Shown: one piece after another, positions 46,655-55,821 of the stretch | Layout: every line of letters begins with the position of its first letter | Numbering within the stretch: the stretch's first letter is position 1 | Source of the DNA: Spirochaetia bacterium | Lineage (GTDB): Bacteria; Spirochaetota; Spirochaetia; SZUA-6; Bin103 | Reading direction: 5' to 3' | DNA length: 64,000 bases | NCBI GenBank assembly: GCA_965203515.1 | Contig: OZ241907.1 | Span: 1,344,001-1,408,000 of the forward strand | Notes under the pieces: generated by a model | Seen by the model: only the letters and a program-made list of their open reading frames with translations | Told to the model about the DNA's origin: nothing | Databases searched by the model: none | Program-made: the position numbers and the translations under genes

Positions 46655-48349
46655 ATGATGAGACGAAACAAGACGATGGCGATCGCGCTGGCACTGGCGC
46701 TGGCGCTGGCCGTTCCGGCGGCCCTGCCGGCAACCGGCGCGGAGGAGGCGGCGGCCGGCGACGGCCACCTGGAGATCACGTGGCTGGGCGACACGCCCGA
46801 CGAGTCGTGGTGGATCGGCCAACTCGAGGAGATGTTCGACGTCACGATCACCCTGAACGGGGTGGCCCGCTTCGACGGCGAAGCGGAGCGCATCATGGTG
46901 GCCGCCGGCGAGTTCCCGGACACCGGCGCGCCGTGCTGCCTCAACACGCTGACGCTGTACGAGGATCAGGTGATCCGCGGCCTGCCGGAAGATATGCTGC
47001 GCGCCAACGCGCCCGATTACGCGCGCGCCATGGACGAGCGCTATCCGGCCATCTGGACGATCTATCGGGCGCCGGACGCGGATGGCGAACAGATCGCCAT
47101 GGGCGCCATCGCCGAGGGCAGCATGGCGTCGGTGTTCCACCTGTTCACCCGCAAGGACTGGCTGGACGCGCTGGGCGTGGAGTTGCCGGACTATGACCGG
47201 ACCAAGACCTTCCTGGCGCGCGGCATCCACTACTACGAGAACGACGCCCTGACCCTGGACTGGCTCGAGGACGTGCTGGTCGCCTACCGCGACGGCGATC
47301 CGGACGGCAACGGCCGGAACGACACCATCCCCTACGGCGCCTACACGCAGAACGATTCGCCCTACAACTCGTGGCCATGGGGAGCGATCCAGGGCGCACT
47401 GGGCGTGCCGACCATGAACCTGGACCGCAACCAGTACGTGGACGGTGAACTGTACATCGCCCACGTCAGCCCGCGCTTCAAGGAGTTCACGGAGCTGGCG
47501 GCGCGCTGGTGGGACATGGGCCTGATCGACAGCGAGTTCTTCACCATCGACCGCGGCGCGAGCTGGGAAAAGGCGGCGACCGGCGCGTTCGGGGTCTACA
47601 GCTCCAACTACAATTACGTCGGCCGCGTGCCGGCCCGCCCCCCGGACAACATGATCTCCGACCAGGAGGTCTCCGACGGCGTCGAGCTGGTGATGTTCGC
47701 GCCGATCGGACCGCGCGGCGAGCAGTTCGCCGGCATGTACGGCACCTCCTACGTGCGGTCGCAAGTGCAGGTGATGAACAAGAACCTCAGCGACGCCAAG
47801 GCCGAGCGGGTGATGCGGATCGTCAATACCAAGTACCGGCTCGACGACGGCACCACCGAGGGCATCGACCTGTGGATTCAATGGGAGTACAACCACGGAC
47901 AGGAAGGCGTCCACTGGGAGTGGGCGGGCGAGCCGTACCGGTCGCAGACGCGGCGGATCCCTCCCGACCAGCGGCCCGCGGGCGCGCCGGCGCGCGGCGG
48001 CTTCCCCACCAACTACCCCAACTACCAACCGGTGGAGAGCTTCGCGTTCACCTATCCGCCGCCGCAGACGGACTGGATACTGAACCACCTGTTCGGCGAC
48101 CGCGTGCGGAGCCGGACGTTCGCGACCGAGTACTTCGATATCTTCAATGAGACCGACTTCCGGGAAGTCGCCGCGCGCCGCGGCGAAGCCCTGCAGACCA
48201 TGACCGCCGAGTTCTTTGCCAAGGCGGTCACCGGCGAGATCGACATAGACGCCGAATGGGACGCCTACGTCGCCAACTGGATGGACGCCGGCGGCGACGA
48301 GCTGATGGCGGAGATCGCCAAGATGCCACGCTGGGCGGACTTCTTCTAG
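46655..48349 (+). CDS. Extracellular solute-binding protein (LplA-like)
   Basis: Signal peptide, RKDWLD.LG, DPDGNGRNDTIP, G.EGVHW, WDAYV..W..AGGD. Confidence 0.85.
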   Translation: MMRRNKTMAIALALALALAVPAALPATGAEEAAAGDGHLEITWLGDTPDESWWIGQLEEMFDVTITLNGVARFDGEAERIMVAAGEFPDTGAPCCLNTLTLYEDQVIRGLPEDMLRANAPDYARAMDERYPAIWTIYRAPDADGEQIAMGAIAEGSMASVFHLFTRKDWLDALGVELPDYDRTKTFLARGIHYYENDALTLDWLEDVLVAYRDGDPDGNGRNDTIPYGAYTQNDSPYNSWPWGAIQGALGVPTMNLDRNQYVDGELYIAHVSPRFKEFTELAARWWDMGLIDSEFFTIDRGASWEKAATGAFGVYSSNYNYVGRVPARPPDNMISDQEVSDGVELVMFAPIGPRGEQFAGMYGTSYVRSQVQVMNKNLSDAKAERVMRIVNTKYRLDDGTTEGIDLWIQWEYNHGQEGVHWEWAGEPYRSQTRRIPPDQRPAGAPARGGFPTNYPNYQPVESFAFTYPPPQTDWILNHLFGDRVRSRTFATEYFDIFNETDFREVAARRGEALQTMTAEFFAKAVTGEIDIDAEWDAYVANWMDAGGDELMAEIAKMPRWADFF

Positions 48350-48377
48350 GCCAACGGAGAGCTGCTCCGCCTGCCGT

Positions 48378-48752
48378 CTACGGCAGGCGGAGCACGTCGA
48401 TCCTGACCCGCGCCACGCCGTCCCGCACCATGTCGATGTCGCGGGCGGCGCCGTTCGACAGGTCGATGACGCGCCCCGGCTTGAACGGCCCGCGGTCGTT
48501 GATCCGCACGACGGTGGAAGCGCCGGTGTCGAGCCGGGTCACCCGCACCAGCGCGCCGAACGGCAGCGTGCGGTGCGCGGCGGTACGCGCATGCATGTCG
48601 AAGACCTCGCCGTTGGCGGTCTTCCTGCCGTGGAAGCCGGGTCCGTACCAGGAAGCTTCGCCGATCTGTTCCTGGGGCTCCGTCCAGGTCGCGCAGCCGG
48701 CGACGACCAGGCAGCAGACGATTCCCACCTGGAGCAAGCGAACGGCCATCAC
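48378..48752 (-). CDS. rlpA: RlpA-family septal ring lytic transglycosylase lipoprotein
   Basis: VAGC lipobox, [35 protein letters not shown]. Confidence 0.92.
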   Translation of the reverse strand: MMAVRLLQVGIVCCLVVAGCATWTEPQEQIGEASWYGPGFHGRKTANGEVFDMHARTAAHRTLPFGALVRVTRLDTGASTVVRINDRGPFKPGRVIDLSNGAARDIDMVRDGVARVRIDVLRLP

Positions 48753-48803
48753 CTAGACTATCGGCAGAATCGATCGATCGGCGAAGCTGTTACTATTCGC
48801 CGC

Positions 48804-50072
48804 ATGACCGACGCCGATGCCGCGGTGCGGGCCCTGGAACGGCGCACCATGAGGGCTTCGCCGGAGCAGGCGGCGCTGCTGCGGCGCGCGCGGGCGGCCG
48901 GGCTCATGGAGATCGCCCCCGTGGCGCTGCCGGTGAACCCTCCCGGCGACAACGACCACGTCGGCTGGCCGGTGGCGACCGCAGCCGGGGACGCCCTGGT
49001 CGTGATCCACCGCCGCATTCCCGGCCACAACCCGAAAGGGGCCGGACGCGGCGGCGCCGACTCGACCTTCGCCATGGCGACCCGATCGACCGACGGCGGC
49101 GCCACCTGGAGCGAGTCGTACGACCTGCGCGACGCGATGGGAGCGGAACGCAACCGCGGCGGCGAGCTGCCGCTCTCGCACCGCTACAAGTTCGGGCCGT
49201 TCAATCCCGGCCGGCAGGGGTACAAACTGCATCTCAACGCGATCGGCGCCGCCCGCGACGGCACGGTGGTGGTGCTCTGCAACTACGGCGCGTTCCGGTC
49301 GGAAGACGGCGGCGTCACCTGGGAGCACCGGAGCGAGCCGTTCCGGGAAGACACCACGCCCGGCGACATCGTCTACCTGGGGCCGCGCATCGTCGACCAC
49401 CCGGACCACGGCCTGCTGGCGTTCGGCAACACCGTCGGCTACGTGCCGGCCGGCACCGACGGCGCGAACTACTCCCAAAACGCGGTCGACGCGCCCGGCG
49501 ACCACGGCCGGCCGTTCCTGGTGGTGCTCCGCTCGCGCGACGGCGGCCGGTCATGGGAGCGGATCGATCACCGGCTGCCGGACTGGGCCGGGCAGCACGA
49601 ACCGGCGGCCCTGCTCCACGACGGCCGCCTGTGGGTGATCGGCCGGGATCAGATCACCCGCACCGATCATCTGCAGATGCGCTTGCGCGCGCCCGGCGGC
49701 CGCGTGGAGACGCAGCGGACCAACATGCGCAACCGCCGCGGCATCGACACGGTCGACCTCGACTTCAACCCGGTGACCGGCCGTCTGGAGGTGGTGCGTT
49801 CCCGGCGCGAGGCGATGCGCGTCGACCTGTGGAGCATCGATCCGGCCGATTGGGAATCGGCGCGGTGGCGGCTGGAGACGACCCTGTACCGCCGCGGCGG
49901 CAGCTTCTACCGGGACGGCGACGGGTTCCATCCGGCGGGCGCGGTCATCGACGCCGCCGCCGGCGTGCAGCACGTCTTCATCTACATGGGCCACCCCAAC
50001 GGTCCGGCCGGCTCGTTCCGGCTCACCCGCACGCTCGACACGCCGCGTCTGGCGAATTTCCTGGGCGCGTAG
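48804..50072 (+). CDS. Sialidase-like BNR/Asp-box protein
   Basis: STDGGATW, SEDGGVTW, SRDGGRSW. Confidence 0.7.
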   Translation: MTDADAAVRALERRTMRASPEQAALLRRARAAGLMEIAPVALPVNPPGDNDHVGWPVATAAGDALVVIHRRIPGHNPKGAGRGGADSTFAMATRSTDGGATWSESYDLRDAMGAERNRGGELPLSHRYKFGPFNPGRQGYKLHLNAIGAARDGTVVVLCNYGAFRSEDGGVTWEHRSEPFREDTTPGDIVYLGPRIVDHPDHGLLAFGNTVGYVPAGTDGANYSQNAVDAPGDHGRPFLVVLRSRDGGRSWERIDHRLPDWAGQHEPAALLHDGRLWVIGRDQITRTDHLQMRLRAPGGRVETQRTNMRNRRGIDTVDLDFNPVTGRLEVVRSRREAMRVDLWSIDPADWESARWRLETTLYRRGGSFYRDGDGFHPAGAVIDAAAGVQHVFIYMGHPNGPAGSFRLTRTLDTPRLANFLGA

Positions 50073-50095
50073 CGCCCGGACCCGGACCTGCCGGC

Positions 50096-51301
50096 ATGCT
50101 GCGAACGCTCCGCTCGGTGATGCGCTTCCGGCGCCGCACGCGCACCCGCGGCGAGCGGCTGCGCGCGCAGGCGTTGAACATTGCCGAGCTGCGCCGCCTG
50201 GCGCGGCGGCGGCTGCCGCGCGGCGTGTTTGGCTACATCGACGGCGGCGCGGAGGACGAGGTGACGCTGCGCGCCAACACCGCCGCCTACCGCCGCCGAT
50301 GGTTCGCGGCGCGCGTGCTCCGTGACATGTCGGCCGTCGACACCGGCGTCACGCTGCTGGGGCAGCGGCTCCCCATCCCGCTGGTGCTGGCGCCGACCGG
50401 GTTCACCCGCATCGCCGATCCGCAGGGGGAGCTGGCCGTGGCGCGCGCCGCCGCCCGCGCCGGCCTCCCCTATTGCCTGTCCACGATGAGCACCCGCTCC
50501 ATCGAGGAGGTGGCGGCGGTCACCGGCGGCACGCTCTGGTTCCAGCTCTACCTGCAACGCGACCGCGGCGTGGTGCGGGAGCTGGTGCAGCGCGCCCGGG
50601 CCGCCGGGTACGCCGTGCTGATGCCGACCGTCGACGTCGCCTCCCTCGGACGGCGGGAACGCGACGTGCGCCACGGCTTCACGCTGCCGCCGCAGTTGGA
50701 GTGGCGCACGTTGTTCGACGGCCTGCGGCGGCCGGGGTGGACCTGGGACTTCATACGCTCGGAACCGATCATGCTGGCCAACTTCCGGGGGCGGTCGTCC
50801 GCCGACGGCTCCACGCCGGTGGCGCTTGCCGAATACATCAAGTCCCAGTTCGACCCCACCGTGAACTGGCGCGACCTCGACTGGCTGCGCACGCTCTGGG
50901 ACGGCCCGCTGGTGATCAAGGGCATCCAGTCGGTGGCCGACGCCGCGCTGGCGGCCGAACGCGGTTGCCAGGCGATCGTGCTCTCCAACCACGGCGGGCG
51001 CCAGCTCGACGGCGCGCCGGCTCCCGTCGACCTGGTCGCGCCGGTCGTGGACGCCGTGGCCGGCCGGGCGGCGGTGATCTGCGACGGCGGCGTGCGCCGC
51101 GGCAGCGACATCGTCAAGGCGGTCGCGCTGGGCGCGGACGCCTGCATGGCCGGCCGCTTCTACCTGTACGGCCTGGGCGCCGGCGGCGAACCGGGCGTCG
51201 ACTACGCCATCGAGCTGTTGGCCGATGAGATACGTCGGACAATGGCGCTGATCGGCTGCGCGGCCATGGACCGGATCGACCGCGGCTACCTCATGGGGTA
51301 G
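50096..51301 (+). CDS. FMN-dependent alpha-hydroxy acid dehydrogenase/oxidase (LldD-like)
   Basis: YIDGGAEDE, LAPTG, WFQLY, IKGI, SNHGGRQLD, DGGVRRGSD. Confidence 0.93.
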   Translation: MLRTLRSVMRFRRRTRTRGERLRAQALNIAELRRLARRRLPRGVFGYIDGGAEDEVTLRANTAAYRRRWFAARVLRDMSAVDTGVTLLGQRLPIPLVLAPTGFTRIADPQGELAVARAAARAGLPYCLSTMSTRSIEEVAAVTGGTLWFQLYLQRDRGVVRELVQRARAAGYAVLMPTVDVASLGRRERDVRHGFTLPPQLEWRTLFDGLRRPGWTWDFIRSEPIMLANFRGRSSADGSTPVALAEYIKSQFDPTVNWRDLDWLRTLWDGPLVIKGIQSVADAALAAERGCQAIVLSNHGGRQLDGAPAPVDLVAPVVDAVAGRAAVICDGGVRRGSDIVKAVALGADACMAGRFYLYGLGAGGEPGVDYAIELLADEIRRTMALIGCAAMDRIDRGYLMG

Positions 51302-51336
51302 CTGAGTCGGCGCCGCTCCGGCCGGCGCCGGGGCTC

Positions 51337-53634
51337 CTACGCGCCCGGTTCCACTTGCAGATCGGTCACCAGCGTGTGCTCGGCCGCCACCGCGCTCACC
51401 AGCAGCAGGCGATACGCCGGCTCCCCGGTGCCCAGGACGAAGTCTGCTCCGCCCTCCTGCCGCCGCGGCCGCCAGCGCGGCGTGACCGTGAGCCGGCCGT
51501 GCGCGCCCTGAGTGACCCAGCCGCGCCCGCGGCGCTCCCATGCATACCGGCTGTGCAGGTAGAAGCCGACCGCCAGCGGCCGGTCCAGACGCAGCCGGTC
51601 GGTGACCGCGATGCGCGCCGGATCGTCCGAATCCAACAGGCGTTCGGCGTCGGTGACCGGCGCGGGCCAGACGCCGCTCAGGTCGACCCGGCAGCGCAGG
51701 CGGCGCCGGTCCCCCTGACCTTCCGGCGCCGTGGCGACCGGACAGGGATTGCGCTGCCGCAGCGGCGTGCCGTCGTCCGCGTGCGGGACCGCCAGGTTGT
51801 GGTAGCGGGCGTACTTGATGATCGACGAGCGCGGATCGACGTACCGCATCTGGCCGCGGTCGACCGCCAGCTCGTCGCCGAACGCCTCCAGGACGAAGCT
51901 GCCGCGGTCGTCATGGCCGTGCCCGGCGCGCGCCGGGCCGCCGATGACCTGCACCCGCACCGGCCCGTGCGGGGTCGGCCGGTTCGAGCACAGCAGGCCG
52001 GTCACCGTCAGGTTGCGGAACACCGGCGGCCGCGCGGACGGCGGCGGCAGCTCATCCGGGCCGTACATGATGTTCAGCTCGTGTTCCGGGGCATAGTTGG
52101 CCCGGGGCAACGCCTCGTTGACGCCGGCCAGCAGCGCCGGCACCGCCGGATCGTCCGACAGCGCGCAGAGCAGCCCCAGCGATCCGGGCGCCACGCAGAC
52201 GCCGGCCCGGCCGCCGTCGGAGTGCTTGATCACGGCGCCGATCGGCGGCTCGGTGCTCAGCATCGCGGTGAGGTAGTCGACGGAACGCACGGCGACGTCG
52301 GGAACGACGTCCGCCAACGGCACGCCGCGGTGCCGGGCGTACAGCAGGTAGCCGGCCAGCGCCTGCTGCAGGGATCCGGTCGCGTAGCCGATCCCCTCGT
52401 ACGTGCCGCCGTCGGCCGCGTAGTAGGCGCGCACGGTCTGGTCGAGCGCCGCGCGAAACGGTTCCAGAAAATCGCCGCCGTACGGCCAGTGCCGGGCCAG
52501 AGCCACGCTGGCCACGATGCCGCCGAACGCGAAGAAGATGCCCTGGTTGTTGCCGCGCACGTACGGGTGGCGCATCAGCGTCTGCTGCATCCACGGCATC
52601 GCCTTGATCGACACCGCCTGCGCCAGCAGCTCCCGGCCCGCGCCGGTCAGCAGCGACCCCGCCCAGTCCCAGGCGAAGATGGAGTTGATCGCGTAGCGGT
52701 ACTCGCTGAAGGCGCGCGTCTCCCAGCTCGATCCCGGCATGGTGCTCATGAAGCCGGGCGTCCACACGTCGCAGTGGGCGGCGGCCAGGGCGTGATGGAG
52801 CGCGACGCGCATCAGTTCCCGATCGCCATCCAGCAGGCCCACGAAGGCGCACGTGCGCATCGCCGCGATGTCGATCCAGTTGTGGCGCTCGTTGAGCCCG
52901 TCGGTGCGGTGGCCGTTGCGCACCGGGTAGTTGTTGACGGTGCGGCCGATGCCGCGCCACGGCTCGCTGCCCCGGTACGCATGGGCCAGGTCGCGCAGGC
53001 GTCCGTAGACCGGCCCCCAGGTCGGCCCCCGTACGCGCGACCGCAGCCGCTCCAGGTCGGCGGCGTCGAAGAACAGGCCGAGCCGCGGCTCGGCGGCGGG
53101 CAGGTCGGCGCCGTCGGGCAGCAGCAGGTCGTGCCAGTCGTCGGGGTATGGCAGGACGCGCGCGCGGCGCGCCGCGCGCGCCGCGCCGTCGGTCACGCCG
53201 AGCCAGAACAGGTCGGCCGTGCCGGGCGTCGCGCCCGGGTCCGTGAGCTCGATCTCGAGGCTGGAGATGCGGCGTCCGCCGATCGCTCCCTCCAGCTCCT
53301 GACCCGCATCGATGCCGGCGGCGCGATCGACGATCACGCGCGGCGATCCGTCGACGGTAGCGCGCACGGTGATCGCGGTCGATCGCATCGACTGCACGCA
53401 GAGCACCAGCAGGTCGTAACCGTCTACGTCGATCTCGACCTCGCGGCGCATCGCCGCCGCCAGCGGACGGCCGCCGGGCCACCGGCATTGGACCGAATGG
53501 AAGGTCTGTTCGACCTCCGCCGAATCGGCGCCGTCGATCCGCCAGTCGCTGAGCTGGTGGCGCCGCGGATCGAACATGCGCACCAGGACCGCCTCCGCCT
53601 CGTTGTGCCGGATCGGAAAGAGCCGCTGACTCAT
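51337..53634 (-). CDS. Heparinase II/III-like protein
   Basis: GNNQG, DGGTYEG.GY, GHGHDDRGSFVLEA.G..L.VD.G, YHN. Confidence 0.75.
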   Translation of the reverse strand: MSQRLFPIRHNEAEAVLVRMFDPRRHQLSDWRIDGADSAEVEQTFHSVQCRWPGGRPLAAAMRREVEIDVDGYDLLVLCVQSMRSTAITVRATVDGSPRVIVDRAAGIDAGQELEGAIGGRRISSLEIELTDPGATPGTADLFWLGVTDGAARAARRARVLPYPDDWHDLLLPDGADLPAAEPRLGLFFDAADLERLRSRVRGPTWGPVYGRLRDLAHAYRGSEPWRGIGRTVNNYPVRNGHRTDGLNERHNWIDIAAMRTCAFVGLLDGDRELMRVALHHALAAAHCDVWTPGFMSTMPGSSWETRAFSEYRYAINSIFAWDWAGSLLTGAGRELLAQAVSIKAMPWMQQTLMRHPYVRGNNQGIFFAFGGIVASVALARHWPYGGDFLEPFRAALDQTVRAYYAADGGTYEGIGYATGSLQQALAGYLLYARHRGVPLADVVPDVAVRSVDYLTAMLSTEPPIGAVIKHSDGGRAGVCVAPGSLGLLCALSDDPAVPALLAGVNEALPRANYAPEHELNIMYGPDELPPPSARPPVFRNLTVTGLLCSNRPTPHGPVRVQVIGGPARAGHGHDDRGSFVLEAFGDELAVDRGQMRYVDPRSSIIKYARYHNLAVPHADDGTPLRQRNPCPVATAPEGQGDRRRLRCRVDLSGVWPAPVTDAERLLDSDDPARIAVTDRLRLDRPLAVGFYLHSRYAWERRGRGWVTQGAHGRLTVTPRWRPRRQEGGADFVLGTGEPAYRLLLVSAVAAEHTLVTDLQVEPGA

Positions 53635-53662
53635 CGCTGACGATCTCCGGTACGGCCCTGGC

Positions 53663-54337
53663 TCAGCCGATCAGACCGAGCGCCCGCTGCAGCGGGACCT
53701 CGGCGAACGACTGCTCGGGAATCGCGCCGCGTTCGACGACCCGCAGCCAGTGGCCGCGCACCTCGCCGCCGGACGCCGCGTCGGACGCCGGGATCGAATC
53801 CAGCACGGTCCTGGCCCACTCGGCCGGTTCGGGGCGGTCACAGGCGACCTGCAGCGCCGGCCGCTCCACGGAGCCGGTCGCGCCATAGGCATAGCACCGG
53901 CGGATGTTCCGCTTCGCGCCGGCCATCCGCACCGGCGTGAACCGCGCCGCGGCGGCGGTCCCGTCGGGAACCAGCAGCACCGTGATCGCGCGGTCCAGGA
54001 TCGCGTCGAGCGTCGCTCCGGCATCCGCCGGCACCGGCACGTCCTTGTGCCCCGGCCATACGTCGAACATGGAGTACGATGCGGCCGGCGTCCGCCGCTG
54101 GAACGTGTAGTAGTCCGGATAGGCGAAGAACTCCCCGCCGGACGCCCGGTAGCGGTCGTAGAACGCGGTGACGTGGGCCAGCAGCAGCAGACACGCCCCC
54201 AGGCCGTCGATCCCGCCGGGCGCGAGCAGGCCCACCCGATCGGTGGCGCGCAGGTCACCGAAGAACCGCTCGTGCGCTACCGCCGCGCGCCGGCAGGTGA
54301 CCCGAAAATCGGACCCTCGCAGAAAGCTGCTATGCAT
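53663..54337 (-). CDS. Hypothetical protein
   Basis: 224-aa ORF with protein-like composition (VTAFYD.YR..FFAYPDYY, DVWP.HK), co-oriented with its neighbours. Confidence 0.7.
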   Translation of the reverse strand: MHSSFLRGSDFRVTCRRAAVAHERFFGDLRATDRVGLLAPGGIDGLGACLLLLAHVTAFYDRYRASGGEFFAYPDYYTFQRRTPAASYSMFDVWPGHKDVPVPADAGATLDAILDRAITVLLVPDGTAAAARFTPVRMAGAKRNIRRCYAYGATGSVERPALQVACDRPEPAEWARTVLDSIPASDAASGGEVRGHWLRVVERGAIPEQSFAEVPLQRALGLIG

Positions 54338-54342
54338 GATCG

Positions 54343-55821
54343 CTACCGAATCGGCCGCACGCCGCCGCGTCGGCCCAGACCATACCCTACCCGAAAGACG
54401 TCAGGTATGTTCACGCGGCCGTCACGCAACCGCAGAAAGACGCCGAGCGACTCCAGATCCGTGCGCACGCCGTCCGGCCCTTGCTCGACGTGACGCGGCG
54501 GCAGCTTCACTTCGTCCTGCTCGGTTTCCCCGCGCAAGCGGTCGAGAACGCCCTCGCTGCGCCAACGCTCGGCGATGTCATCGAACGGACAGGGTACGAC
54601 CCTGCCGGCAAGCGGAGTCAGCACCCGGTCTATCCACGGATAGTCCTCCCGCATCTCGTTGACACGTATCCTCGACGCTTCCTGGACACCGCGCTTGATG
54701 CTTTCATAGTGCAGAGCGTACCGGTGCTCGGGGTGCTCGTCCCGGGTATCCTCCACCGCCCTTCGCAGCGCGGCGAGAAACGACCGCGGGCTCACTCTGC
54801 CCTCGGTATCGGCAAGGTGGTTCGGGATCCACGTGTACGGGAACCCTCGTTTGGGACCGCGGCCCATCCACTTGCCGGCGATGTCATGAAACTTGCCGCG
54901 TTGGTCATCCTCCTTGAAGATGGTCCGCGGGGCGGAGAATACCGATTGATCGCCCGCTCTGAGCACCGACCAGTCGTGGGGGGTGAGAAAGCTCCGAAAG
55001 CGCTCCCCATGCCGTCCGTGGGCGAGAAAGTGCCACAACAGACCGTACAGCTCGCGTCGCGGCCAGCTCAATTCGACGGCCGAGGCAAGGACCTTCGAGG
55101 CATCGGGGAAGTCGGCGATCCGGCTCTCGTCGACCTGGTCCGACCGCAGGAAGACCTTGACGCGCAGGCGGCGGTACGCGCGCATGTCGAGGGCGGTCTG
55201 CAGCAGACCGCGGATCGCCGGATACATCTCCTTCCAGTCATCGGCGCAGCGATCCAGGGCGTCGAACAGTATCACCAGATAGGCGCCCCTTCGATCGAAT
55301 TCCACGTCTCGTTCGTGAAACAGCCGGTCGATCACCTCCGGATTGCGATCGACGAACGCTACGCGCTCCGGCCACGAACGCCGCTTCCGCAGATCATGCG
55401 CACCGCCGGCGAGCTGCCACGCCTGCACGGTTCTCCAGATCGACCTGGGCTCGACGCCGGCCGACATCAAAGGCCTCAGCACGTCCTTGCTCGGGTACTC
55501 GTCGGGCGCCGGCCGGACGCCAAACCCCGTTCGCACCTCCGTGCTCTCGCCCATCGGGGATCGCCCCGATTGTTGACCGACCAGAGCACGTACCGCCTTG
55601 TCCTGGAGCGCTACCCACCAGAAGGTCTTTCCCGCGCCGCGCATGCCGGTCACCAACTGGTTGTCCGGATGCAACGCCTTGAGGTGAGATCGCGGCAGGT
55701 AGACCTGCGTGGGCGCCGGCAGGTAGACCTGCGTGGGCGCCGGCCGGTCGCCGTGGCTGGTGCCGTCCGGCAGCTCGGCCAGCGCTTCGCGCGCCGTCTC
55801 GACGTCGATTGTCCGGCTCAC
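54343..55821 (-). CDS. Large P-loop ATPase (Sll1717-like)
   Basis: GMRGAGKTFW Walker A, ILFDALD Walker B, KVFLR.D, HLAD..G.VSPRSFL, C-terminal N.PD.FR.GYGL.RRGG; GTGA overlap with the upstream gene. Confidence 0.8.
   Translation of the reverse strand: MSRTIDVETAREALAELPDGTSHGDRPAPTQVYLPAPTQVYLPRSHLKALHPDNQLVTGMRGAGKTFWWVALQDKAVRALVGQQSGRSPMGESTEVRTGFGVRPAPDEYPSKDVLRPLMSAGVEPRSIWRTVQAWQLAGGAHDLRKRRSWPERVAFVDRNPEVIDRLFHERDVEFDRRGAYLVILFDALDRCADDWKEMYPAIRGLLQTALDMRAYRRLRVKVFLRSDQVDESRIADFPDASKVLASAVELSWPRRELYGLLWHFLAHGRHGERFRSFLTPHDWSVLRAGDQSVFSAPRTIFKEDDQRGKFHDIAGKWMGRGPKRGFPYTWIPNHLADTEGRVSPRSFLAALRRAVEDTRDEHPEHRYALHYESIKRGVQEASRIRVNEMREDYPWIDRVLTPLAGRVVPCPFDDIAERWRSEGVLDRLRGETEQDEVKLPPRHVEQGPDGVRTDLESLGVFLRLRDGRVNIPDVFRVGYGLGRRGGVRPIR
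55693..55744. repeat. Perfect 24-bp tandem duplication (PAPTQVYL x2)
   Basis: CGGCAGGTAGACCTGCGTGGGCGC x2 + CGGC. Confidence 0.95.
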
